Shown piece by piece: positions 28,897 through 37,652 of a DNA stretch of 51,684 nucleotides; the stretch's first letter is position 1; each line of letters opens with the position of its first letter. This stretch comes from a bacterium. Lineage in GTDB: Bacteria > SZUA-182 > DTGQ01 > JAFGSM01. Position numbers and translations under genes: made by a program. The notes beneath the pieces were generated by a model, which was not told the DNA's origin, made no database searches, and saw only the letters and a program-made list of their open reading frames with translations. Location of the stretch: the NCBI GenBank assembly GCA_049472335.1, contig JBLIRO010000036.1, forward strand, positions 1-51,684, written 5' to 3'.

Positions 28897-30825
28897 ATGA
28901 AGTCCAGGAGTAGGTTTAATGCGGATATAGTTTTGATCCTTTGTTCTGTTTTTTTCCACATCTTTATATTTCAAATAATCATGATATTTTTACCTGTATG
29001 GGCTTGGGGAGGGCAGGGAGGCATGCAATCCACCTTTTCCAATTCCAATTATAATTACAATTACAATTCTAATTATAATTACCAAGAGGTCCTGGTCAGG
29101 TATCGATCCGAGGCAACTCTATCCGATATTGGAAATAGCTATCAAACACTGGGGCTGAATGAAGTTACTTACAGTCCCTATAGCGGGCTCAGAAGAGTAA
29201 GGGTGCCTTCAACCGCTTCTGTTTATTCAGTTTCCGCAAGCCTAAATCAAAATCCGCTGGTTGATTTTGCAGAACCAAACTATATAAGGAGAGTAAACTT
29301 CATCCCAAATGATCCACTCTATAGTTATCAGTGGCATCTCAACAATCCAATGATGCAGCAGACCTGGGATCAATCGCTTGGGGCCAATATCATCGTGGCG
29401 GTTTTCGATACCGGTATCGCCTATCGTAACGCTGCTGAATACGCGATTGCACCGGACCTGGCAGAAACCAATTTCATTCCGGGATATGATTTTGTAAACG
29501 ACGATCCTTATCCCGATGATGATAATAGGCATGGGACCCATACGGCAGGGATCATAGCACAAAGCACGAATAATTTTTTGGGAGGGGCCGGAGTGGCGCC
29601 CGAATGCATTTTAATGCCGGTAAAGGTGCTTGACGATACCGGATCCGGAAGCGTGGCAGATATTGTTGATGCCATCTATTTCGCAGTAAATAATGGGGTA
29701 CAAATCATAAACATGAGTTACGGTTTTGTCACAAGTCCTTCAGCAAGCGAAGAAGAGGCTATCGACTATGCTGTGTCCCAGGGTATAGCTGTTATATGCT
29801 CTGCCGGCAATGAGGCCACTTCCGAACCTCATTATCCCTCCTCCTATGAGTCTACCATTTGTGTTACAGCAAGCAGATATGACCACTCCTTTGCCGATTC
29901 TTACTCCAATTATGGTCCTGATGTGGATATTTGCGCACCCGGAGGAGACCTGGACGAGGACTTAAACGGCGATGGGAACCCGGATGGCATTTATCAGCAA
30001 ACCCATAACGGGACCGATTATAAAAGTTTTGATTTCTATTTTGCGGAAGGGACTTCATGTTCAGCCGCTTTTGTCTCCGGTGTGGCTGCCCTGGTGCTTT
30101 CACGCGCAGCACGTCCTCTGACTCCGTTGGAATTAAGACAAATATTGCAGGACACTGCAACTGATTTTGGCGATCCTGGATGGGACCAGTTTTTTGGGTG
30201 GGGACTTATAAATCCACTGGCAGCGGTTCAGGCTGCCGTGACATATTCCACGGCAAGCTCTTTTGGAATCAGGATCGGCTCTCAATCATTAAACACGTTT
30301 AATTTACCATTCAACAATCCGTATCAAAGTTCAAACACATCAGTCAATATCAACATAAATCCTTCAAGAGTCCAGGGTACAGCAACAGCATCATCCTATC
30401 AGGCCAATGCAGGTTTTACGACCAACGCGTCACAAATAGGTCAAGGCATACAGTCTCTCAATACTGCTCTATTGAGTAGTTTTTATGCTCCCTCAGGATC
30501 ATTTTTCCAAAATAATTGGAGCTACTTTAATCCTATCATTAATTTAAATCCAATAGGCGGTAATAACCTGTTATCCAATCCCTATTTTTTAGCAGGACTT
30601 TTTATACCCCAAAACTATTTTTTTCAACCTCAGCAATCCACATCCGGTAATATTTTTCCTCAATCTTCTTCAGGAAGCTATCAGCTTGAATCAACTATTG
30701 CCGGGTCATCTCTTCCTCTATATAGCTCTCAGGTGTGGAATAATCAAACAATCGCATCTTCATTAATCCCGTCGTTGACAAACGCCTTATTTTTAGGAAG
30801 TCTTTATCCCTTCAGGCTTTTCTGA
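28897..30825 (+). CDS. S8 subtilisin-family serine peptidase with Ser/Asn/Gln-rich C-terminal tail
   Basis: Triad motifs VAVFDTG, HGTHTAG, GTSCSAAFVSG; SAGN oxyanion motif; propeptide AEPNY. Confidence 0.93.
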   Translation: MKSRSRFNADIVLILCSVFFHIFIFQIIMIFLPVWAWGGQGGMQSTFSNSNYNYNYNSNYNYQEVLVRYRSEATLSDIGNSYQTLGLNEVTYSPYSGLRRVRVPSTASVYSVSASLNQNPLVDFAEPNYIRRVNFIPNDPLYSYQWHLNNPMMQQTWDQSLGANIIVAVFDTGIAYRNAAEYAIAPDLAETNFIPGYDFVNDDPYPDDDNRHGTHTAGIIAQSTNNFLGGAGVAPECILMPVKVLDDTGSGSVADIVDAIYFAVNNGVQIINMSYGFVTSPSASEEEAIDYAVSQGIAVICSAGNEATSEPHYPSSYESTICVTASRYDHSFADSYSNYGPDVDICAPGGDLDEDLNGDGNPDGIYQQTHNGTDYKSFDFYFAEGTSCSAAFVSGVAALVLSRAARPLTPLELRQILQDTATDFGDPGWDQFFGWGLINPLAAVQAAVTYSTASSFGIRIGSQSLNTFNLPFNNPYQSSNTSVNININPSRVQGTATASSYQANAGFTTNASQIGQGIQSLNTALLSSFYAPSGSFFQNNWSYFNPIINLNPIGGNNLLSNPYFLAGLFIPQNYFFQPQQSTSGNIFPQSSSGSYQLESTIAGSSLPLYSSQVWNNQTIASSLIPSLTNALFLGSLYPFRLF

Positions 30826-30900
30826 ATTTCTTAAAGATTTCATCATAGGAAAGATCCCGATTGCAAAGGAAAAGAAAAAATTGATATTTATAAAGCAGAT

Positions 30901-30938
30901 AAAAAAAATACCCCGCAGCTTGCTTTACTGCGGGGTAT
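30901..30938 (-). terminator. Intrinsic terminator for the minus-strand cluster
   Basis: 11-bp stem ataccccgcag/ctgcggggtat followed by a U-tract on the minus strand. Confidence 0.85.
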
Positions 30939-31004
30939 CAAGATATAACTCCAATCATTAAAATGATGCGAAATTCAATTGATAATCCCTGCCGTATTTA
31001 ATCC

Positions 31005-32081
31005 TTAAAAAGCCGGAGTTGCGCCTGGCGTGTAAGTTCCTGTGCCATATAATGAAGTACTATAGCACCAAGTGGATGTATAGCCGCATCCAAGACTACA
31101 GGTTGATAAGGTGCTGCCGCAGCCCCAGCCCCCCGTACAGGTTGACAAGGTGCCGCCACAGCCCCAGCCCCCGGTACAGGTTGATAAGGTGCCGCCACAG
31201 CCCCAGCCCCCGGTACAGGTAGATAAGGTGCCGCCGCAGCCCCAGCCCCCGGTACAGGTAGACATAGTGCCGCCACAACCCCAACCGCCAGTACAGGTAG
31301 ACATGGTGCCACCGCAACCCCAACCGCCTGTACACGTAGACATGGTGCCGCCACAGCCCCAACCCCCGGTACAGGTTGATAAGGTGCCGCCACAGCCCCA
31401 GCCCCCGGTACACGTAGACATGGTGCCGCCACAGCCCCAGCAGGTAGACATGGTGCCGCCACAGCCGATACACGTGCTTATAGTATTACCACACCCGGTA
31501 GAAATACATGTGGAAGATGTCTGAGAGCTCGTAGTTGTGGTAATCCTAATTTCGCCTATATGTCCATTACATGAAGTAACAATGAATTTGTCAATCGTGT
31601 AATTGCCTATAGTCGATTGATCGAATATAAACCATCCCGCTGCATTGAATGGTCCGCCATCGGACTGGCTGGTTTTAAGGGCTACCCGTGTAGAACCATC
31701 ATAGATAGCCGCAGATGAGCAGCCGGCCTGACAATAATCCTCGAGATCGACCCTGATTTGAGTGATTTTACCTGTTATATCACTTAAATCCAGGACAAGC
31801 CGGCCCGGGTTTAACAATATTCCTGGATCATATACCGGACCGAATAAATTATTGCCATGTTCCCAGCTACAGGCATTGGTCCCACAACCATCAGAGGCTG
31901 TAGTGCTTGTAACAGTCAAAACAACATCAGAAACAACCCAATTCTGGTCACACTCACATGTTGTACTACACCCCAGATCTGTGGGCACCGAATTAAGGGT
32001 TAAAGTAATTGTAGCGGCAAAGGTATAGGCTGCAAAAGCCAGGCAACAAATAAACACAAATAAGATGATTAGCTTTTTCAT
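31005..32081 (-). CDS. Secreted Cys-rich protein with C-terminal TGGWGCGGT[LM]STC tandem repeats
   Basis: RBS AAAGGAGG before ATG 32081 (MKKLIIL...); signal peptide; Cys-containing N-terminal domain; repeat tail; terminator follows. Confidence 0.88.
   Translation of the reverse strand: MKKLIILFVFICCLAFAAYTFAATITLTLNSVPTDLGCSTTCECDQNWVVSDVVLTVTSTTASDGCGTNACSWEHGNNLFGPVYDPGILLNPGRLVLDLSDITGKITQIRVDLEDYCQAGCSSAAIYDGSTRVALKTSQSDGGPFNAAGWFIFDQSTIGNYTIDKFIVTSCNGHIGEIRITTTTSSQTSSTCISTGCGNTISTCIGCGGTMSTCWGCGGTMSTCTGGWGCGGTLSTCTGGWGCGGTMSTCTGGWGCGGTMSTCTGGWGCGGTMSTCTGGWGCGGTLSTCTGGWGCGGTLSTCTGGWGCGGTLSTCTGGWGCGSTLSTCSLGCGYTSTWCYSTSLYGTGTYTPGATPAF
31098..31409 (-). repeat. 8 x 39-bp coding tandem repeat
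   Basis: Eight 13-aa units, with four degenerate GC-x6-C units flanking them. Confidence 0.95.
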
Positions 32082-32194
32082 ATTTTTTCCTCCTTTCACC
32101 AACATGTGGATTTTTAAATATTAAAAAAACTCAGAAACCAACCGGCTAAAATTATAATCCATTTTCAGAACTTTTTTACTTTACCTATAAAAAC

Positions 32195-34870
32195 CTAATT
32201 TAATCTCTCCAGATAATTCCATCTAATAGATTCAAGTGCATTTTCATCCTTACTTAAAAGTGCACTTACGATATCGCATTGGTAGTTTACAAGCTCCACT
32301 GTGAAGTTTTGAAAATTGTCCTTTATGAAAAGCCCGTCATCACCAATGGCCAGAATTAGCCCCTTGCCCTCCCGCTTGTAACATATAACAGGCATATTAT
32401 CATATTCGAAAACGCTAATCCCTCCATCCACCCAACCGGGATTTATCTTAAGATTCTCACGATTATTAGAGACAAGTGTTTCTTTCATTTTTTTAACCTT
32501 TTCCCTGTATGGATCCAAACGGAAGTGAAAGCCAAAGAGATTTGCTATTTGATTAATGCTCGAGCCCAGATTTGCACCTTCAACCAGAAGTAATGAACCG
32601 CCTTTTCTTACATAATATTTTATACTATTTTTCTCTTTTTCGCAATATTTTTTGGTCGGAGAGGCAATAATCAAACAGGAAGAACCCTCCAAATCTCCTT
32701 TTGTCAGGACCCCTTCATAAAAAATCCTGGAAAAGATATCTATCCTGCCTATATTATAGAGAAGGTTGTCATAGCTTGTTGATGATAGAAATGATTCGCT
32801 GTTTCCATAACTCATAGAGTGAAGGGGATTATGGCTTGCATCTATTATTACCTTGTCCGGAAGAGGCTTTATTGGTGCAGGCCTGGGATACGAATAATAG
32901 TTTAACGAAACGCTCAAGATATATCCTGCAGACCAGCCTATAATAATGCCGACAATCAAAAGATAAATCAATTTATCTATCCCCGGCCATCTCTTTATCA
33001 ATACAACCCCCAGGAAGCAGAAGGATAGATACGCAAGCAGGGGAAATGGGTTTCTGCTCCCTTTGCTTCCAAGCCATCCGAACACACCGGCAATAAGGTC
33101 CCTGCGGCCGACACTGAACATTAAGTAATTGTTAAAACAGGTGGAATCCGTAAATGCTATTATCTTACCCTTCCCATATCTTGAGCCTGCCATGATACAA
33201 AAGCTCCCGAAGACTTCATCCGCGTCTATCTTTGTGTTTCCGAAAAAGTTTTCATAAAAGTAATTTACCTCGTCTGCGAAACTTACATGGGATGAATATA
33301 TCAAAGGGAAAGCCGGACGGGATATCTTTAAGGAGTCTCCCGTAGCCCAGATAAACCTTTTTGAAAATTGATTAGCCGGATGAATCCTGTAATTTAAAGG
33401 ATCCGTAATGACCCAGCCCCCGTCTATAAAATAGACCGAGTTTTGTTCGAAACGTATACCGAAATGATTTGAGAGCTCATTTAAGTTCTTATTCATGAAG
33501 AATACATCCGTATGGTCCCCAATCAGGAACAGGCTGCCCCCATTTAAGACAAAATCCTTTAATGTATCGATCTCCTCCGAGAAAAATGGTGTTGTGACAC
33601 ATTTTAAGATAAGCACAGGCTGGGTTTCCGGATGTCTCGATTTTATGCTATTGAGCACATCAGGTGTGATTATTGGTGTATTGAACAGTTCCACCCCCTC
33701 CAGCCCGGGGTCCATAACAGGCTTATTCGTCATTATTGTAATGGGATAAAAGTGCCTGAGATAATCCAGAAAGGAGTGATAACTATTTTCGGCCATGCTG
33801 CCGAAGATCCCGGCATTAAAATCAATAAGAGTGGACTCCCAATCACTATGTATCTCGTCTATGACACAATGAATTTTCCTGGGTTTAGCAAAACCATGAA
33901 ATACAAAACATAAAGTAAACAGGAAAACGGAACATGTAATGGCGAAAAAAATCCATAGATCCCTTTTAACGAATCTTACAGGAGAGAGATCATAAATCGG
34001 ATTATTAAATTCAAAAAAAGATGATTCATAGAGAAGAAAAAACCATAATGGTATTAAAAAGACAAAGGAGACGATAGGTATTCTCCAATAAAAAAGATTG
34101 AATGTTACTGGCCCGGCAAACATGATATTCGGGGTGATGGCGGAAATGACCGAAAACCTTCCGAGAAGATATATATAATGTATAAGTATACCGCCAATAA
34201 TGACATATATCTTTCTCCTGGCTTTACCTTTGGCTACCAGAATAAATGCAATAAAACCAAGGACAAAAGCCAGCCAGGGGAAAAATCCCATCTTCATCAG
34301 ATCGCAGGTTATCTTTTTGCCCTGAAAAAATAATGAACTTACAACTACATCTGCATCCTTTCCGAAGAGTTTTAATAAAAAGGAGACCTGAGACGCAAAG
34401 AATCTCGATCCGGTCCCTGGTCTGCCTCTAAAAATATTCATAATAGCCTGGGTAATCCCAAGCCCCAGACTTGACAAAAATAAAAAAGATCCCGCGTTAA
34501 TGACCGGTTCAATGTCCGTTATCTGGCCTGTTAATATAATACAAGCACTTGTAATAATGAATGTTATTGTAATATATTTAAAGTATATTATCATTATCAG
34601 ATCCAAAACAAGCAGAGAAATTAGAGGAATAATCCAAACCTTTTTCACAAACCGAAAGGGGGCTTTCTTTTTTTGAAAAAAACCAATGAATAAAAAAATC
34701 AATAAACCTGAACATATATAAGGAAGATCATGTATTATCATCCGATTATGTATCTGCAGGGGGGCAAGGACAGTCAATCCCCACCAAAGGACCACAAATA
34801 ACCATAATCCGATTATTCTTGAAATGATTCTGACAAATTCACCAATCGTGTTTATCCGGCTCTCATTCAT
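32195..34870 (-). CDS. Polytopic membrane protein with an exosortase-like segment and two DUF4350/GIFT-like domains
   Basis: Multi-TM N-terminus; IDEIHSDWE...GGSLFLIGDHTD; TM hairpin; IDASH...GGSLLLVEG...GKGLILAIGDD. Confidence 0.65.
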   Translation of the reverse strand: MNESRINTIGEFVRIISRIIGLWLFVVLWWGLTVLAPLQIHNRMIIHDLPYICSGLLIFLFIGFFQKKKAPFRFVKKVWIIPLISLLVLDLIMIIYFKYITITFIITSACIILTGQITDIEPVINAGSFLFLSSLGLGITQAIMNIFRGRPGTGSRFFASQVSFLLKLFGKDADVVVSSLFFQGKKITCDLMKMGFFPWLAFVLGFIAFILVAKGKARRKIYVIIGGILIHYIYLLGRFSVISAITPNIMFAGPVTFNLFYWRIPIVSFVFLIPLWFFLLYESSFFEFNNPIYDLSPVRFVKRDLWIFFAITCSVFLFTLCFVFHGFAKPRKIHCVIDEIHSDWESTLIDFNAGIFGSMAENSYHSFLDYLRHFYPITIMTNKPVMDPGLEGVELFNTPIITPDVLNSIKSRHPETQPVLILKCVTTPFFSEEIDTLKDFVLNGGSLFLIGDHTDVFFMNKNLNELSNHFGIRFEQNSVYFIDGGWVITDPLNYRIHPANQFSKRFIWATGDSLKISRPAFPLIYSSHVSFADEVNYFYENFFGNTKIDADEVFGSFCIMAGSRYGKGKIIAFTDSTCFNNYLMFSVGRRDLIAGVFGWLGSKGSRNPFPLLAYLSFCFLGVVLIKRWPGIDKLIYLLIVGIIIGWSAGYILSVSLNYYSYPRPAPIKPLPDKVIIDASHNPLHSMSYGNSESFLSSTSYDNLLYNIGRIDIFSRIFYEGVLTKGDLEGSSCLIIASPTKKYCEKEKNSIKYYVRKGGSLLLVEGANLGSSINQIANLFGFHFRLDPYREKVKKMKETLVSNNRENLKINPGWVDGGISVFEYDNMPVICYKREGKGLILAIGDDGLFIKDNFQNFTVELVNYQCDIVSALLSKDENALESIRWNYLERLN

Positions 34871-34880
34871 TTTTATAAAT

Positions 34881-37070
34881 TTAAAAGTTAGTGTTTGTAA
34901 GATAGTGTACTATATTCCAGGCAATCCTTAATTTGTCCGGATCGATTATCTTTTCCTGAAACTCAGTCATATAATTGGCAAAGAAACGATCGTCTCCTAT
35001 GGCAATGATCCTTCCCTCACCAAACTCTTTAAAATTGATCACAGGAATGCCGTCTATAAATGCGACAGGGAATCCTCCCTGTATCCTGCATGGATTTACC
35101 ATATTTAATGCAGAGATACCTTCCGTCATTGGATGTGCTATAAATTGCGCCCTGAAATTTCCGTATGGTAAGCGTATAGGAAGACCGAACGGAGATAACA
35201 CAGGCCTGTTGACGCTTAAAGGATACCTGTCCCTTATCAGACCGAACCTCTCCCATAAGGCGCTGGGGATAGCCCATTTTCTGGGGCCTTCGACAAGAAG
35301 AAGCCCCCCGCCGTTCTCTACGAAACAGGATATTGCCTCTATTTCATCATCTGTAAAAGGTTTATTAGGACAAATGATGAAAATGGCCTTATGATCCATA
35401 AGCTTTTCGATTGTTACAGGATCATGCTCATCTATAACGGGGAAAAAGCCCGTTCTTATTATCTGTCCTATCAGGCCGTCGATACAGGTATCCTCTTTCT
35501 CCCTGTCAACCCAATAGAGGGTGTATTCATTATGATGTGCCATATCTACAAAGACCGTGTCAAATATCTTTTCAGGTTTAGGAAACCGTATTGAATTATA
35601 TAAGCCGCTAAGCCATACAGAGAAAACGAGTACGGTTATCAAAAACGGCAGTAATATTGAAGGCCATAACCGGCGATATACCATTAAAAAAAGAATAATG
35701 GCCATTAGAATTATAATCGTTACCACAAGTGTCCTCTTCTTGGTGTTTCCGTCATTGCAATGATTCAGCCAGTCAAAAACACGAAAGGCAAAGGCCCAAT
35801 TCTGATAAATGGAGGCATTTTGAAAATAGGATGAATCCCCCATAACAAACACCCGTCCTCTTCCATATAATGAATCCGCTATCAGACATAGATCATTCCT
35901 CTTTTCTCCGGGATCGGGTTTTGAGTTCCCTAAATATGCATGAGCATTATTGGCAGGGTCACCAAGGTCGGAAAAGGTGCCGTATTTGGATATAATAACG
36001 GGCCTTGCCGGGAAGTCTATATCGATAGATGCCCCAACACTGAAATTAACCCTTTCTAGATCAAAAATTGCAGGGTGGGGCCTGTAACAAAGATTTGTCC
36101 TGGAATTTGTCTGTATCCAAATAGTGTCGAAACGAAGTCGTATGCCAAATTGCCCTATGACCGGATTTAAAGCAGAAAGGGTATTACTTATATCCGTATG
36201 GTCCCCAATAACCAAAAGGCCCCCTCCGGCGGATACAAACCCCTTTATCGCTTTTATCTCCTCAATCCCATAAGGTCTTGAGGGCATAATAAGGACAAGA
36301 ATGCTCGAATTTGAGAGTTCATCAGGGTTTATATCCTCTATAAATCCACAATCAAAACTATAGTTCTTGACCAGTTCAACAAGCTTTGCATGGCCAAATT
36401 CAGCGCTTCCCTCAATGTCCCTGGTATAATCAATAAAAGGGCTTTCAGTGGTTCCATGCCCTATATCAAAAAGGACCCTTTTATTTTTCGGGGAACCTTT
36501 AAAGAAGCTCAGCTTTAAAAACGAAAATATTCCCAACAATATAACCAGTAAAAAACAAAGGATAAAATCAAATGCTCTGAAATCCTTTTCAGAAAAGAAC
36601 GATTTTGTCCCGGGTAAAATCAAGCCTAAAAGGATACCCAGAAAAATTAATATCAGGCTCATAAAAGAAGAAGGGATGAATCCGTATATCCCTGCTAAAG
36701 ATAGCGGGGCTAACAAACAGGAGGAGAACATTAAATATTCTTTTATCTTTGAAGGTCTATAGATGAGGGATAGCGCCACAAAGATAAAAAAAGCATCATA
36801 GACACTGAAAACAGGCGGTGGAATAAGGCTTCTTCTCAACAAAGCAAGTATACATATTATGGAGGCAAAAAACCATGACCACCAATCCTTGTTAAAATCA
36901 AAGAATCCTCGCCATAGAAGAATAAATGATACAAAAATCAGAATTCCTGCAAAAATATTGACCTGGACGGGCAAAAAGATCCTTTTAAAAACCAATAAAG
37001 GAATGCCAGTTGATATTATAAGACCTGATGATATCAAGACCTTGGATATTTGTAGTCGATCTACCTTCAT
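34881..37070 (-). CDS. Polytopic membrane protein with two DUF4350/GIFT-like domains (paralog of neighbour)
   Basis: FDIGHG...GGGLLVIGDHTD...GRGRVFVMGDSSYF; VDMAH...GGGLLLVEG...GEGRIIAIGDD. Confidence 0.7.
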   Translation of the reverse strand: MKVDRLQISKVLISSGLIISTGIPLLVFKRIFLPVQVNIFAGILIFVSFILLWRGFFDFNKDWWSWFFASIICILALLRRSLIPPPVFSVYDAFFIFVALSLIYRPSKIKEYLMFSSCLLAPLSLAGIYGFIPSSFMSLILIFLGILLGLILPGTKSFFSEKDFRAFDFILCFLLVILLGIFSFLKLSFFKGSPKNKRVLFDIGHGTTESPFIDYTRDIEGSAEFGHAKLVELVKNYSFDCGFIEDINPDELSNSSILVLIMPSRPYGIEEIKAIKGFVSAGGGLLVIGDHTDISNTLSALNPVIGQFGIRLRFDTIWIQTNSRTNLCYRPHPAIFDLERVNFSVGASIDIDFPARPVIISKYGTFSDLGDPANNAHAYLGNSKPDPGEKRNDLCLIADSLYGRGRVFVMGDSSYFQNASIYQNWAFAFRVFDWLNHCNDGNTKKRTLVVTIIILMAIILFLMVYRRLWPSILLPFLITVLVFSVWLSGLYNSIRFPKPEKIFDTVFVDMAHHNEYTLYWVDREKEDTCIDGLIGQIIRTGFFPVIDEHDPVTIEKLMDHKAIFIICPNKPFTDDEIEAISCFVENGGGLLLVEGPRKWAIPSALWERFGLIRDRYPLSVNRPVLSPFGLPIRLPYGNFRAQFIAHPMTEGISALNMVNPCRIQGGFPVAFIDGIPVINFKEFGEGRIIAIGDDRFFANYMTEFQEKIIDPDKLRIAWNIVHYLTNTNF

Positions 37071-37195
37071 GAACTTTATTTTAATTACCCAAAGTTAAAA
37101 AGAAAGTTGTTAAAGAAAGTGCATAAGGTGATGGATTTCATTTATAAAAGATTATCATATTATATCTTTTTTTCAAGATCCAAATTGAAGGTGTA

Positions 37196-37311
37196 TCAGG
37201 GGGACGAAGGGGGTGTCAGGGGGACGATTGACATATTAACTGTCGTCGGAATCGTCCCCATGACACCCATACCCCCATGACACCCATGCCCCCATGACAC
37301 CCATGCCCCCC
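37196..37311. repeat. GC-rich REP-like palindrome with flanking direct repeats
   Basis: 19-bp inverted repeat 37211-37229 / 37250-37268 (1 mismatch); ccccatgacacccat x3 (period 17); tcagggggacga x2. Confidence 0.85.
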
Positions 37312-37327
37312 TTATAGGATCTAAAAG

Positions 37328-37438
37328 TTAAAAAGGAGTGTACAAATCTTTAATACACATTCCTGTTTCCGTGTTACATGACCACCCTCTTGGATAGTTA
37401 ACCCATTCACCGCACTTTAAGCTTGTCCTCGTTTTCAA
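37328..37438 (-). CDS. 36-aa small peptide MKTRTSLKCGEWVNYPRGWSCNTETGMCIKDLYTPF (candidate precursor or signal peptide)
   Basis: Below the ORF-track cutoff. AAGGAGGTGA Shine-Dalgarno (37444-37453) lies 5 nt before the TTG; stop TAA at 37328-37330. Confidence 0.72.
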   Translation of the reverse strand: MKTRTSLKCGEWVNYPRGWSCNTETGMCIKDLYTPF

Positions 37439-37579
37439 CTTAATCACCTCCTTTCAATAAAATCTGTTGGATGCTTTTTCCATGTTTAATATAATAGACA
37501 TAAAACTACAACAATTTTCCTTTCAATTTAAAGAAGTATTAAGCATATGGCTAGTGCACTTCCCTTTTTAACCCCCAAC

Positions 37580-37608
37580 TTGACATAAATCTTAAAAGAT
37601 GTTATCAA
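37580..37608 (+). promoter_or_regulatory. Candidate sigma70 promoter of the paaK operon
   Basis: TTGACA-17 nt-TATCAA with TG extension. Confidence 0.45.
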
Positions 37609-37652
37609 AATGGTAATTTTAATAGCTTAATTTTTATGAAGGAGGGAAGGTT

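Noticed and set aside
31096..31524. Alternative-frame ORFs over the 39-bp repeat (PQPQPPVQVD; YRGLGLWRH; AVAAPC)
   Set aside because: Shadow frames. Only the 31005-32081 frame has an RBS, a signal peptide and a terminator, and variation is mostly synonymous in it.
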